Source: a virus. Taken from it: DNA of 64,000 nucleotides. Location of the stretch: IMG/VR virus record IMGVR_UViG_3300029705_000062; one strand, written 5' to 3'. Below, piece after piece: positions 38,192-45,644 of this stretch; position 1 is the first letter of the stretch; each line of letters opens with the position of its first letter. Position numbers and translations under genes: made by a program. The notes beneath the pieces are model-generated. The model did not search any database. It was not told the DNA's origin and was given only the letters and a program-made list of their open reading frames with translations.

Positions 38192-38992
38192 CTAGAAATT
38201 AACCCATACAAACTCTTGTCCTTTATTTAGTTCACCTTCATTTGTCTTTTGGCTTCTCTTTGAATAATTTCCAAGTAGCTCCTTTTTCCAACCATGTTCG
38301 AGTAACTTATTGTATATTGGATGGTCATATCCACTTAGTATCACCTTGCCTTTTATATTCAATAGAGTGTCAACTAATTCTTTGTGTTGAGTATCGTTCA
38401 TTTCATGGTCATAAGATTTCTTTTGCTTTCTTGTTTCTGTTATGTATGGAGGGTCTAAGTAAAACAAAGTGTCATTTTTATCATATTTATTTATTAATTC
38501 AATTATATCTAGGTTTTCTATTTGAACTTCTTTTAATCTTTCAATTGCTCCACTTAAATTTTCCTCTATGTTACCCAACCATCTACTAACTGATTGGCAC
38601 ATACCTCTTCTACTTTTTGATTTAGCATAACACCAACCACCATTACTAGCTACACTTTGCATAGTTCTAACATAGAATTTTCTTGCTTTTTCTATTTCAT
38701 CAATTTCACTCATCCATAATTTACTATCTTCAAATTCTTTTCTTGAGTATGGAGTTAATGATAGTTTTCTTATAAACTCTTTATTTTCTTCCCTAAGCAT
38801 TTTAAAGATTAAATATAAACCACTATGTAAATCATTGTACACTTCCATTTCACTTCTATCTTTTCTAAAAAGAACATGACCTGCACCACCAAATCCCTCA
38901 ACATACATTTTGTGAGGTGGAAATATGTCAATTATATCTTTAGCCATATAATATTTTCCTCCATACCAATTCACAGGACTCTTAAACTTCAT
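38192..38992 (-). CDS. dam: DNA adenine methyltransferase (Dam / D12 class)
   Basis: NWYGGKYYMAKDI..YVEGFGGAGHV.. and FYLDPPYI. Confidence 0.75.
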   Translation of the reverse strand: MKFKSPVNWYGGKYYMAKDIIDIFPPHKMYVEGFGGAGHVLFRKDRSEMEVYNDLHSGLYLIFKMLREENKEFIRKLSLTPYSRKEFEDSKLWMSEIDEIEKARKFYVRTMQSVASNGGWCYAKSKSRRGMCQSVSRWLGNIEENLSGAIERLKEVQIENLDIIELINKYDKNDTLFYLDPPYITETRKQKKSYDHEMNDTQHKELVDTLLNIKGKVILSGYDHPIYNKLLEHGWKKELLGNYSKRSQKTNEGELNKGQEFVWVNF

Positions 38993-39004
38993 ACTATACC
39001 CCCT

Positions 39005-39040
39005 AAATAAAAAGTGGAACAGATATCCCTATCCCACTTT
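39005..39040 (-). terminator. Terminator after the ATPase gene
   Basis: On the minus strand: AAAGTGG-(16 nt)-CCACTTT followed by TTATTT. It is preceded by the box AAGCAAATAATTAAAA (39038-53). Confidence 0.55.
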
Positions 39041-39051
39041 TAATTATTTGC

Positions 39052-39963
39052 TTATAATTTAAGTTCTTCAACTTTTCCTTCTAATTCTGATAATATAACA
39101 TCTAATATATCAGCTTGGTTTGGAGTTGCTTCAGTTATCTTTTTAGATACCCCTAAATACTTCTCTCCAATCTCAGTAACTATATCCATTCTGTTATTTG
39201 GTGCGAATTTTTCACCTACTAATTTTTTTATTTCATTCATAGTAGAATCAAAATCAACAACTCTTTCTTTTACTATTGCTTTCTTATCAGTTGTAAATCC
39301 ATCAGGATTTTCATTTAATTCTTCTTCTATGGCTCTTTCCCAAGTGGCTTTAAATTCCTTTGCATTAAAAGGTATTTGAGAAGGAAGTTTACTAAATCTT
39401 GACCCTGCTGAGTAAGATAAAGTTTCTCTTGTGAATATAGTTCTTTCCTCTTGACCTTCTGCATTTATTGTTATATACCCAAATAATATATTATCAACAA
39501 ACTTAGAAACTATATTTAAAGTTCTTCTTTCAACAGAAGGTATATACTTTTGTATCTCTCCACCTGTAGGAAGCTTTTCATTTTTCTCCTTAGCATGAGA
39601 TATGAAGAACATTTTATATCCTAAGTTCTCCCAGTTTTTTATCATATCAAATATAAGGTCATCAACCATAGCATAGCCTTTACCATGAGGTATATCCCCT
39701 AAAGCCTGAACACCTTCTCTTTGACATATTTGTTTTACTGCATATTTGTGCATTATATCAACTGTATCTATAACTAAAACTTTAAATTTAGCTTTTATTT
39801 CAGGCATTTTTAACTGTTTATTTAATGCAACTAAATCTCCCCACTTAGTTATATCAACAGCCATAACTCCACTTAAAGCTCCATATCCATTTTCACAAGC
39901 TAAGAATAAACACTCTTGTCCAAATGATTGGAAAGCAAATGTAGATTTTCCACTTTTAGCATT
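39052..39963 (-). CDS. AAA_24/Sak4-like RecA-fold ATPase, exon 2
   Basis: Begins NAKSGKSTFA.. (second half of Walker A), then ..FKVLVIDTVD..FFISHAKEK.. The track ATG at 39978 is intronic. Confidence 0.65.
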   Translation of the reverse strand, partial: NAKSGKSTFAFQSFGQECLFLACENGYGALSGVMAVDITKWGDLVALNKQLKMPEIKAKFKVLVIDTVDIMHKYAVKQICQREGVQALGDIPHGKGYAMVDDLIFDMIKNWENLGYKMFFISHAKEKNEKLPTGGEIQKYIPSVERRTLNIVSKFVDNILFGYITINAEGQEERTIFTRETLSYSAGSRFSKLPSQIPFNAKEFKATWERAIEEELNENPDGFTTDKKAIVKERVVDFDSTMNEIKKLVGEKFAPNNRMDIVTEIGEKYLGVSKKITEATPNQADILDVILSELEGKVEELKL

Positions 39964-41266
39964 CAATTGTGTTATCATTGAGCTTTTTATCTCAACTTCT
40001 ATATATTTCTATATAGTTCAGCATATGTTTTCAACCCTTATATACTTGGGGTTGCTCCGACCTCTTGGCTAGATTATATTTTAAGACATTTGTTTTTTTA
40101 ATATTTCATCAAACTTTTCTTTTTTTCTTTCTAAAAAAATCTCAGGATTATCACTGTAAAATAGGTTATATATTTTTTTACTTGACAGTTGACTATATAG
40201 AATATGATAAAGATTTCTATCCTTATATTTTTTTACACCAACCTTTGGGACACCATTCTTATAAAGTTCTTCAACAATTTGACACATCATTTTTTCACTT
40301 CCACTAAAAAATCTAGTTCTAAGCATAGGTATCTTTGATTTTTTTGTCCATTGTTCACCAACACTTCCATCACCATCAAAATAACCTCTTATAAAATCAA
40401 GTTTATATTCACTTGGAACTTTATCCATAGTAACTGTAAGACTTTTTCTTTGTGTTACCCCTATGTCAATTAAATCATTAACCATGTGCTTTGAAGATAT
40501 TAATAACTCACAACTAGGGTGATATTTTTCCCCACATTTTTTCATTAGTGTTTTCACTTTATAGGTGCTGTCAAGCTCTTTGTTTATTTTGTGCAATAGG
40601 TTAATATCTTGCTCTTGTAAAGCAATTCTTAGGTAACCATAGTCAGATATATAACCATCTGCTGAAAGAAAACCGACTATATAAGCCATATTTTTAGTCC
40701 ATGTTTTAAAATATTCATGATTTAAAAAATATTTTCTACCATGCTTATCAGGATTATACTCTCTGTGTTCAAGTATTTTTGATTCACTTCTTGTTCTAAG
40801 TTTGATGTTGTTGCGAAGTAATCTAAGTTTTATAGTTCCATATGTAACACCATATTTTTTTCCAAGCTCCAATAGATTCATGCCATTTAAGTATAACTCT
40901 ATCATTTCTTTTTCATCTATTTTATGAACTGTATGACTTTCACTTGCATTTCTCCTATTTATACCACAAATGTCTAATCTGTTTCTTATAGTACCTGTGC
41001 TGACATTATAAATCTTTGCAATTTCTTTCATAGATTTACCACTTAAATATAAGTTTACAATATCTTCATTTTTAATATCTTTTCTCATAATAAACCTCCT
41101 TTCTTATATTATATGCCTTAATTTCACTAGCTATGCTTTGCCCCTGACTAAACTTTTAAATTTAGCCTTCGGTTCAAGTTACCATATCCTGTGGAAGGGA
41201 CTTAGGCTTTCTTGCTTAATTTCGGAGTTATTCAATATACATTACTGTATAAGGTGGCACTTATTT
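39964..41266 (-). mobile_element. Group I intron with a LAGLIDADG endonuclease ORF, splitting the ATPase Walker A codons
   Basis: Exon 1 ends ..TATGGT (T) and is followed by an in-frame AAATAA. The intron ends ..CAATTG (G). The spliced product reads MLYG|NAKSGKST = GxxxxGKS. Its 3' block is homologous to TMP intron 2. Confidence 0.62.
40081..41088 (-). CDS. LAGLIDADG homing endonuclease with N-terminal HTH repeats
   Basis: RBS aaggagg. Two LAGLIDADG motifs: MAYIVGFLSADGYIS and FIRGYFDGDGSVG. HTH repeats: GKSMKEIAKIYNVSTGTIRNRL and LLELGKKYGVTYGTIKLRL. Confidence 0.8.
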   Translation of the reverse strand: MRKDIKNEDIVNLYLSGKSMKEIAKIYNVSTGTIRNRLDICGINRRNASESHTVHKIDEKEMIELYLNGMNLLELGKKYGVTYGTIKLRLLRNNIKLRTRSESKILEHREYNPDKHGRKYFLNHEYFKTWTKNMAYIVGFLSADGYISDYGYLRIALQEQDINLLHKINKELDSTYKVKTLMKKCGEKYHPSCELLISSKHMVNDLIDIGVTQRKSLTVTMDKVPSEYKLDFIRGYFDGDGSVGEQWTKKSKIPMLRTRFFSGSEKMMCQIVEELYKNGVPKVGVKKYKDRNLYHILYSQLSSKKIYNLFYSDNPEIFLERKKEKFDEILKKQMS

Positions 41267-41341
41267 ACCATATAACATGCTATTATAATTATCTAATCCT
41301 GTTGAAACCTTATTTGGTTTTAAGTTTAATAAATCGAACAT
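41267..41341 (-). CDS. AAA_24/Sak4-like ATPase, exon 1 (25 codons)
   Basis: RBS aaggggga. Encodes MFDLLNLKPNKVSTGLDNYNSMLYG, with the next in-frame codons AAA TAA. Confidence 0.6.
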
Positions 41342-41357
41342 AATAAATCCCCCTTGA

Positions 41358-41780
41358 TTATAATGAAAATTCTTCCCATATATCTCCACACTTACAAGTA
41401 GAACAACTTGTAGGAGAAAACATATCTAAACATTTATTGCAACAATTTTTACTTATAAACTCTACATACTTTGCATAAATATAACCTTTATTTTCAGGTA
41501 ACAATTCACCTATGCTTATATTAAAAACTTTCTCAAGATACTCTTCAAATGTAACTTTTAAGTTTTCATTAGCAGAAGTTATATGAGCTTCTGTGCTTGT
41601 TAAGTAAGTAAATATCATTTTAGATAAAGACATCAACTTTAACTTATCTTCTTCTATATCACAAACTTTAATTTTTTCTTTTATGTAGTCATATATGGAA
41701 TATAACTGATAAAGACTACACTTTAAAATTCCTGTATTGAAAAAATCATTTAAAGTATCCTCTATAAACTTATCATTCAT
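41358..41780 (-). CDS. Hypothetical protein with a Cys-rich C-terminus
   Basis: The start abuts the thyX stop. The C-terminus is CCNKCLDMFSPTSCSTCKCG. Confidence 0.5.
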   Translation of the reverse strand: MNDKFIEDTLNDFFNTGILKCSLYQLYSIYDYIKEKIKVCDIEEDKLKLMSLSKMIFTYLTSTEAHITSANENLKVTFEEYLEKVFNISIGELLPENKGYIYAKYVEFISKNCCNKCLDMFSPTSCSTCKCGDIWEEFSL

Positions 41781-42536
41781 TTATATATCCCATTTTGGAA
41801 GTGGCTTACCACAACACATTTTCCCTTCATGACATTTACCATATCTACAACTTGCACCTGCATTTTTGAATAAAGCAGGAGCAACATCTTGAACTTCAGC
41901 TATCATAAGTCTAGCTAATTCCCTTATTTCTGCTTGAGACCTATTGCAATCTCTATGAGAGAAGAAGTTTAATAAGCTTCTACCGTTCATAGTAACAACA
42001 ATTTTAGTTTCACAAGCATTTGGAAGAACAGCTCTAGCATTTTCATTGGCAACTTTTTCAGCATTCATTCCATATGTGTGATAATTTGTAGACTCTACAA
42101 AGTCTTGTATATTTACTTGCCATTTCTTATACATATTATGTATAGTTTTCATATCCTCTTCAAACTCACCAACATATCTTGATCCATAAGCTTTGTCCAT
42201 ATCCTCTATTATAGAAGGAACTATAAAATCAAAAGTTTTATCAAGATTAACATACCTTTGACTTTGTTGAGAATAACTAGCTAACCTATGTCTTACTATT
42301 TGATGAGAACATGCCCTAGATATTCCTTCTATTGCAAAAGTGAATGAACAATGTTCTAGTGGACTTTCATGACCTATATCTGCCAACATATTTACAAATC
42401 TGCTTACATTTTCATCAGTTAATTTTTCTGATATGCCTTCCACTCCAACCTTGCTATAACAAAGTTTCCCTGCCTTTGCTACAACCTCATCAGGATTAGG
42501 AGTATGTGCAATAAGTTTTACTTTTAATTTACCCAA
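41781..42536 (-). CDS. thyX: Flavin-dependent thymidylate synthase ThyX
   Basis: ThyX motif QIVRHRLASYSQQSQRY. There is an extra Cys-rich C-terminal tail, CRYGKCHEGKMCCGKP. Confidence 0.8.
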   Translation of the reverse strand: MGKLKVKLIAHTPNPDEVVAKAGKLCYSKVGVEGISEKLTDENVSRFVNMLADIGHESPLEHCSFTFAIEGISRACSHQIVRHRLASYSQQSQRYVNLDKTFDFIVPSIIEDMDKAYGSRYVGEFEEDMKTIHNMYKKWQVNIQDFVESTNYHTYGMNAEKVANENARAVLPNACETKIVVTMNGRSLLNFFSHRDCNRSQAEIRELARLMIAEVQDVAPALFKNAGASCRYGKCHEGKMCCGKPLPKWDI

Positions 42537-42557
42537 TTTAACCCCTCACTTTATTTA

Positions 42558-43094
42558 TTATTTTTGTAAAGGTTTCTCATACTCCCAAGTGCATCCTGCA
42601 TATGTTTTTCTAGTTCCATTTAAAACTCTACATATACATGACAAAGAGTAGTTTGTAACTCCTTCTTTACCTGCTTGATTTAAACTGCTCCAAACTTGAA
42701 TAACTTCTTTGGTGTTAGCATCTCTTTGGACAATCCTTTTAGACCTTTTATTTGCTTCAGGATTTAAGTTTGAATCTAATCTTTTATCTTCAACTTTTCT
42801 TTTTAATTCATCTTCAGAGAAATCTTCTTTTAAAATCCAAATACTATTCATAGAGCTTAATATCCTTTTTTTATCACTCCAAGTTGGTCTCATAGCTAAA
42901 CGTATACCGTTGTAATTCAAATTATTTTCTTCACATAAAAGTTTATTAAATTTAAATTCTCCTATAAAATTACCATTTAAATCATATCTATACACTTTTT
43001 TATAATTCAATTTTTTGTTTCGATTATAATAATATCCATCTTTATTAGCAGGTTTTCTTTTGTATGATGGAAGTATAAATATTTTAGAAGACAT
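42558..43094 (-). CDS. NUMOD/IENR-like DNA-binding protein with no nuclease motif recognised
   Basis: ..VYRYDLNGNFIGEFKF.. and ..VIQVWSSLNQAGKEGVTNYSLSCICRVLNGTRKTYAGCTWEY resemble the DNA-binding modules of homing endonucleases. Confidence 0.4.
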   Translation of the reverse strand: MSSKIFILPSYKRKPANKDGYYYNRNKKLNYKKVYRYDLNGNFIGEFKFNKLLCEENNLNYNGIRLAMRPTWSDKKRILSSMNSIWILKEDFSEDELKRKVEDKRLDSNLNPEANKRSKRIVQRDANTKEVIQVWSSLNQAGKEGVTNYSLSCICRVLNGTRKTYAGCTWEYEKPLQK

Positions 43095-43192
43095 AAAAAA
43101 CCACCTCTATTTCTTGAAAGTACTATACCTATTCACTCTATTATTTTACTACAAAATATACAATTGCATAAGAGAAATAATAGAATAATATT

Positions 43193-43222
43193 ATTATAAA
43201 CAATTTCAATTATTTGTGTCAA
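43193..43222 (-). promoter_or_regulatory. Sigma-A-type promoter for the leftward operon
   Basis: On the minus strand: TTGACA-18 nt-TATAAT. The spacer contains CAAATAATTGAAATTG. Confidence 0.6.
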
Positions 43223-43259
43223 TATTTATCAAAAATATGAATTTTTTCCCTTGTAAAAA

Positions 43260-43276
43260 TTATCAATTTTTGATAA
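43260..43276. promoter_or_regulatory. 17-bp palindrome upstream of parM; candidate ParR operator/centromere element
   Basis: ttatcaa-ttt-ttgataa overlaps a TTGATA..tgaTATAAT promoter-like element. An extra half-site ttatcaa lies at 43226-32. Confidence 0.45.
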
Positions 43277-43338
43277 CCTTAAACATATGATATAATAAAG
43301 ATAAAATAAAAATTAATAAAAGGATTGGTGATAATATA

Positions 43339-44289
43339 ATGAAATACCGTAGATACTATAAAAGAAAAACTGTTGCTATTGACTCAGGGAAACATGCTCA
43401 AAAAATGTGTTGGGGATTAGAACCTGATGAGAGATTAATGTTTGATAATAAGGTTGAAGAGATTAAAGAAAAATCTCCTGTGTATCATACAGTGGTTGAA
43501 TTTAATGGTAAACTATATTCTGTTGCAGGTACAGGTGATAAGAACTGGGATTCTTCAAAAGATGATGAACTACATCAAGTTGCTATATATTATGGATTAA
43601 CTAGATTAGAGTTAAATGCAGATTGTCTGATAAATTTAGTTATAGGTACACCTGCTTTAAAATTTAAAAACCCAGTTGCTAAACAATCTTATAGAGATAG
43701 AGTATACAATGGTGGTAATGCTGAAATAACTGTAAATGGAAGAAAGTTTAATTTATTAATAAATGATGTGCTTGTGTTACCTGAAAGCTCAGGAATTATA
43801 TATCAAGCTAAAAATTATTTAGAATATTCACAGGAGTTAATTGGAATTGTAGATATAGGCGGATTAAATGCACAAGGTATAGTTTATGATAGAACTAATA
43901 TAATAAGTGAAACTATATTCACAGAAAACCTTGGAGGAAATATATTAGAAGTATCAGCAAAAAATGCTTTAAATGAACATGATTATAACTTCCAAGTTTA
44001 TCAAATGCATCATATACTAAGAAAGTTAGATAGAGAAGATGAAGATGTGCAAAGAATAGTTAAAGATGTTATGGAAAGGCATCTGAAAAAAATATTTGAA
44101 ATGATGAAAGCGAATAATTGGAATATAAACCATATGGAAATAGTATTCACAGGTGGAGGTTCTTTACTTCTAAAAGATTTAATAGAAGAAAAAGGATTTA
44201 AAGTTTCTGATACATCAGTCTGGGATAATGTGTGTGGTTTCTACAATCTAGGGGTTAATTACTTTGGAGAAGATGTAGCTTATGAGTAA
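43339..44289 (+). CDS. parM: Actin-like plasmid segregation ATPase ParM/StbA
   Basis: ..KTVAIDSGKH.. (phosphate 1), ..GIVDIGGLNAQG.. and ..IVFTGGGSLLL.. Confidence 0.7.
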   Translation: MKYRRYYKRKTVAIDSGKHAQKMCWGLEPDERLMFDNKVEEIKEKSPVYHTVVEFNGKLYSVAGTGDKNWDSSKDDELHQVAIYYGLTRLELNADCLINLVIGTPALKFKNPVAKQSYRDRVYNGGNAEITVNGRKFNLLINDVLVLPESSGIIYQAKNYLEYSQELIGIVDIGGLNAQGIVYDRTNIISETIFTENLGGNILEVSAKNALNEHDYNFQVYQMHHILRKLDREDEDVQRIVKDVMERHLKKIFEMMKANNWNINHMEIVFTGGGSLLLKDLIEEKGFKVSDTSVWDNVCGFYNLGVNYFGEDVAYE

Positions 44290-44653
44290 GAAAAAACCTG
44301 CTTACGTTGATGGCAAGTTTGTAGGGGATACTTTAAGTATATCTGTAAAACCACACTACCAAAAAGAGTATGAGTTTTTAAAAGCACACCACAATAGAAG
44401 TGGACTTATATGTGAGTTAGTTAGACAGTACATTGAAGGTGGAGGAATGTCTATTGGGTATCAACAACCTTATCAACCTGTTGCTACTCAACCTGTTTCA
44501 CAATCTACTCCTCAACAAAAGGAGGAAGTAAAAAAAGACAAAGTAGAAGATAACAAACAGGAAATTAAGGAGTTTACTAATAGTAAACCAAAAGCAAAGG
44601 AAGAAAATAAACAAGTTCCTATAATGGCTATGCCTTCATTTTTAAATGGGTAG
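44282..44653 (+). CDS. parR: ParR-like partition adaptor (RHH-like N-terminus, low-complexity tail)
   Basis: 8-nt overlap with parM. Contains ..EYEFLKAHHNRSGLICELVRQYIEGG.. Confidence 0.5.
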   Translation: MSKKKPAYVDGKFVGDTLSISVKPHYQKEYEFLKAHHNRSGLICELVRQYIEGGGMSIGYQQPYQPVATQPVSQSTPQQKEEVKKDKVEDNKQEIKEFTNSKPKAKEENKQVPIMAMPSFLNG

Positions 44654-44715
44654 ATTTCTACCCTTCTTTATTTGGAGATGTAAAATAATATACAAAAGAT
44701 AATTTGGAGAAAAGT

Positions 44716-45075
44716 ATGTTTTTAGATAAATTAAAAGAAAATGAAAGATTCATGATAGATTTAATGGGAGAATATGATAGAGGTACAAGATTACTTGAGT
44801 GGTTAGAGGTTGGAGAAAATATACATTTATCAATTCAAGCTAGTCCTATGCATTATTGTTCTCCTAGAGAAATGACAGATTTAGATAACTACACTCATTT
44901 TGAGTTAGCTTTAATAATTGATAATGAAATTAGTTATGATACTGATATAATAGAAGATTTCTCACAGTATGAAAAACTAATGCAACATTATGATGGTGGA
45001 ATATTTTCATATGTTCCAAGAAAATTAATAAGTAAACTATACTGTTGGAGTTTAGATTATTTTAAAGAGAATTAA
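44716..45075 (+). CDS. Hypothetical protein
   Basis: ATG 6 nt after ggag (the track TTG is at 44704). Confidence 0.5.
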   Translation: MFLDKLKENERFMIDLMGEYDRGTRLLEWLEVGENIHLSIQASPMHYCSPREMTDLDNYTHFELALIIDNEISYDTDIIEDFSQYEKLMQHYDGGIFSYVPRKLISKLYCWSLDYFKEN

Positions 45076-45102
45076 AATCAAGCATTTACACATAAACCAA
45101 TA

Positions 45103-45145
45103 AAAAGTAAAGGATAACTAATTTAGATATCCTTTACTTTTTTCA
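45103..45145. terminator. Bidirectional terminator between convergent genes
   Basis: aaaagtaaaggata-(11 nt)-tatcctttactttt with flanking A/T runs. Confidence 0.8.
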
Positions 45146-45172
45146 TGTAGTTAATACATACACAATAATCCA

Positions 45173-45643
45173 TTATTTACCACTACTTCCTATTCCACCA
45201 ACTCTTTTGTCAGAAATACATATATCATTATCTGCTGTTAAATATGTTTTAAAAATACCTTGACATATTCTCTCTCCTGCTTCAAGAATAACTTCTTTAT
45301 CAGATGTATTCCAAAGAGCAAGACCTATGTTCCCATCATTTCCTTCATTTGAGTAATAACTAGAGTCAATTATACCTGTTATATTTGATAAAATAACTCC
45401 TCTTTTTATTCCTATAGAACTTCTTACATGAAGCTCTAAGACTTCATTATCTTGCATATATGATTTTATATCAGTCCATACAACTGTTCTTTCATTAGGT
45501 TGTAAAGTTACTGTAACAGGTGTTTTGATATCATAACCTGCACTTCTATTATCACCTCTAACAGGCAACTCTATTTCTATATTAGAATGTTTTCTTTGTT
45601 CATCACAAACAACTTCAAATCCTCTTAATTTTAATTCTGACAT
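45173..45643 (-). CDS. dut: dUTP diphosphatase (trimeric dUTPase)
   Basis: ..RSAGYDI..RSSIGIKRG..GIIDSSY..GGIGSSGK. The ATG at 45643 lies 1 nt after the helicase stop. Confidence 0.8.
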   Translation of the reverse strand: MSELKLRGFEVVCDEQRKHSNIEIELPVRGDNRSAGYDIKTPVTVTLQPNERTVVWTDIKSYMQDNEVLELHVRSSIGIKRGVILSNITGIIDSSYYSNEGNDGNIGLALWNTSDKEVILEAGERICQGIFKTYLTADNDICISDKRVGGIGSSGK

Positions 45644-45644
45644 T

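Noticed and set aside
39746-40307. Plus-strand ORFs 39746..40072 and 40065..40307, and also 54581..54775
   Set aside because: They are antisense to the ATPase exon, the introns and the LAGLIDADG gene. They have no RBS and their sequence is hydrophobic and low-complexity.
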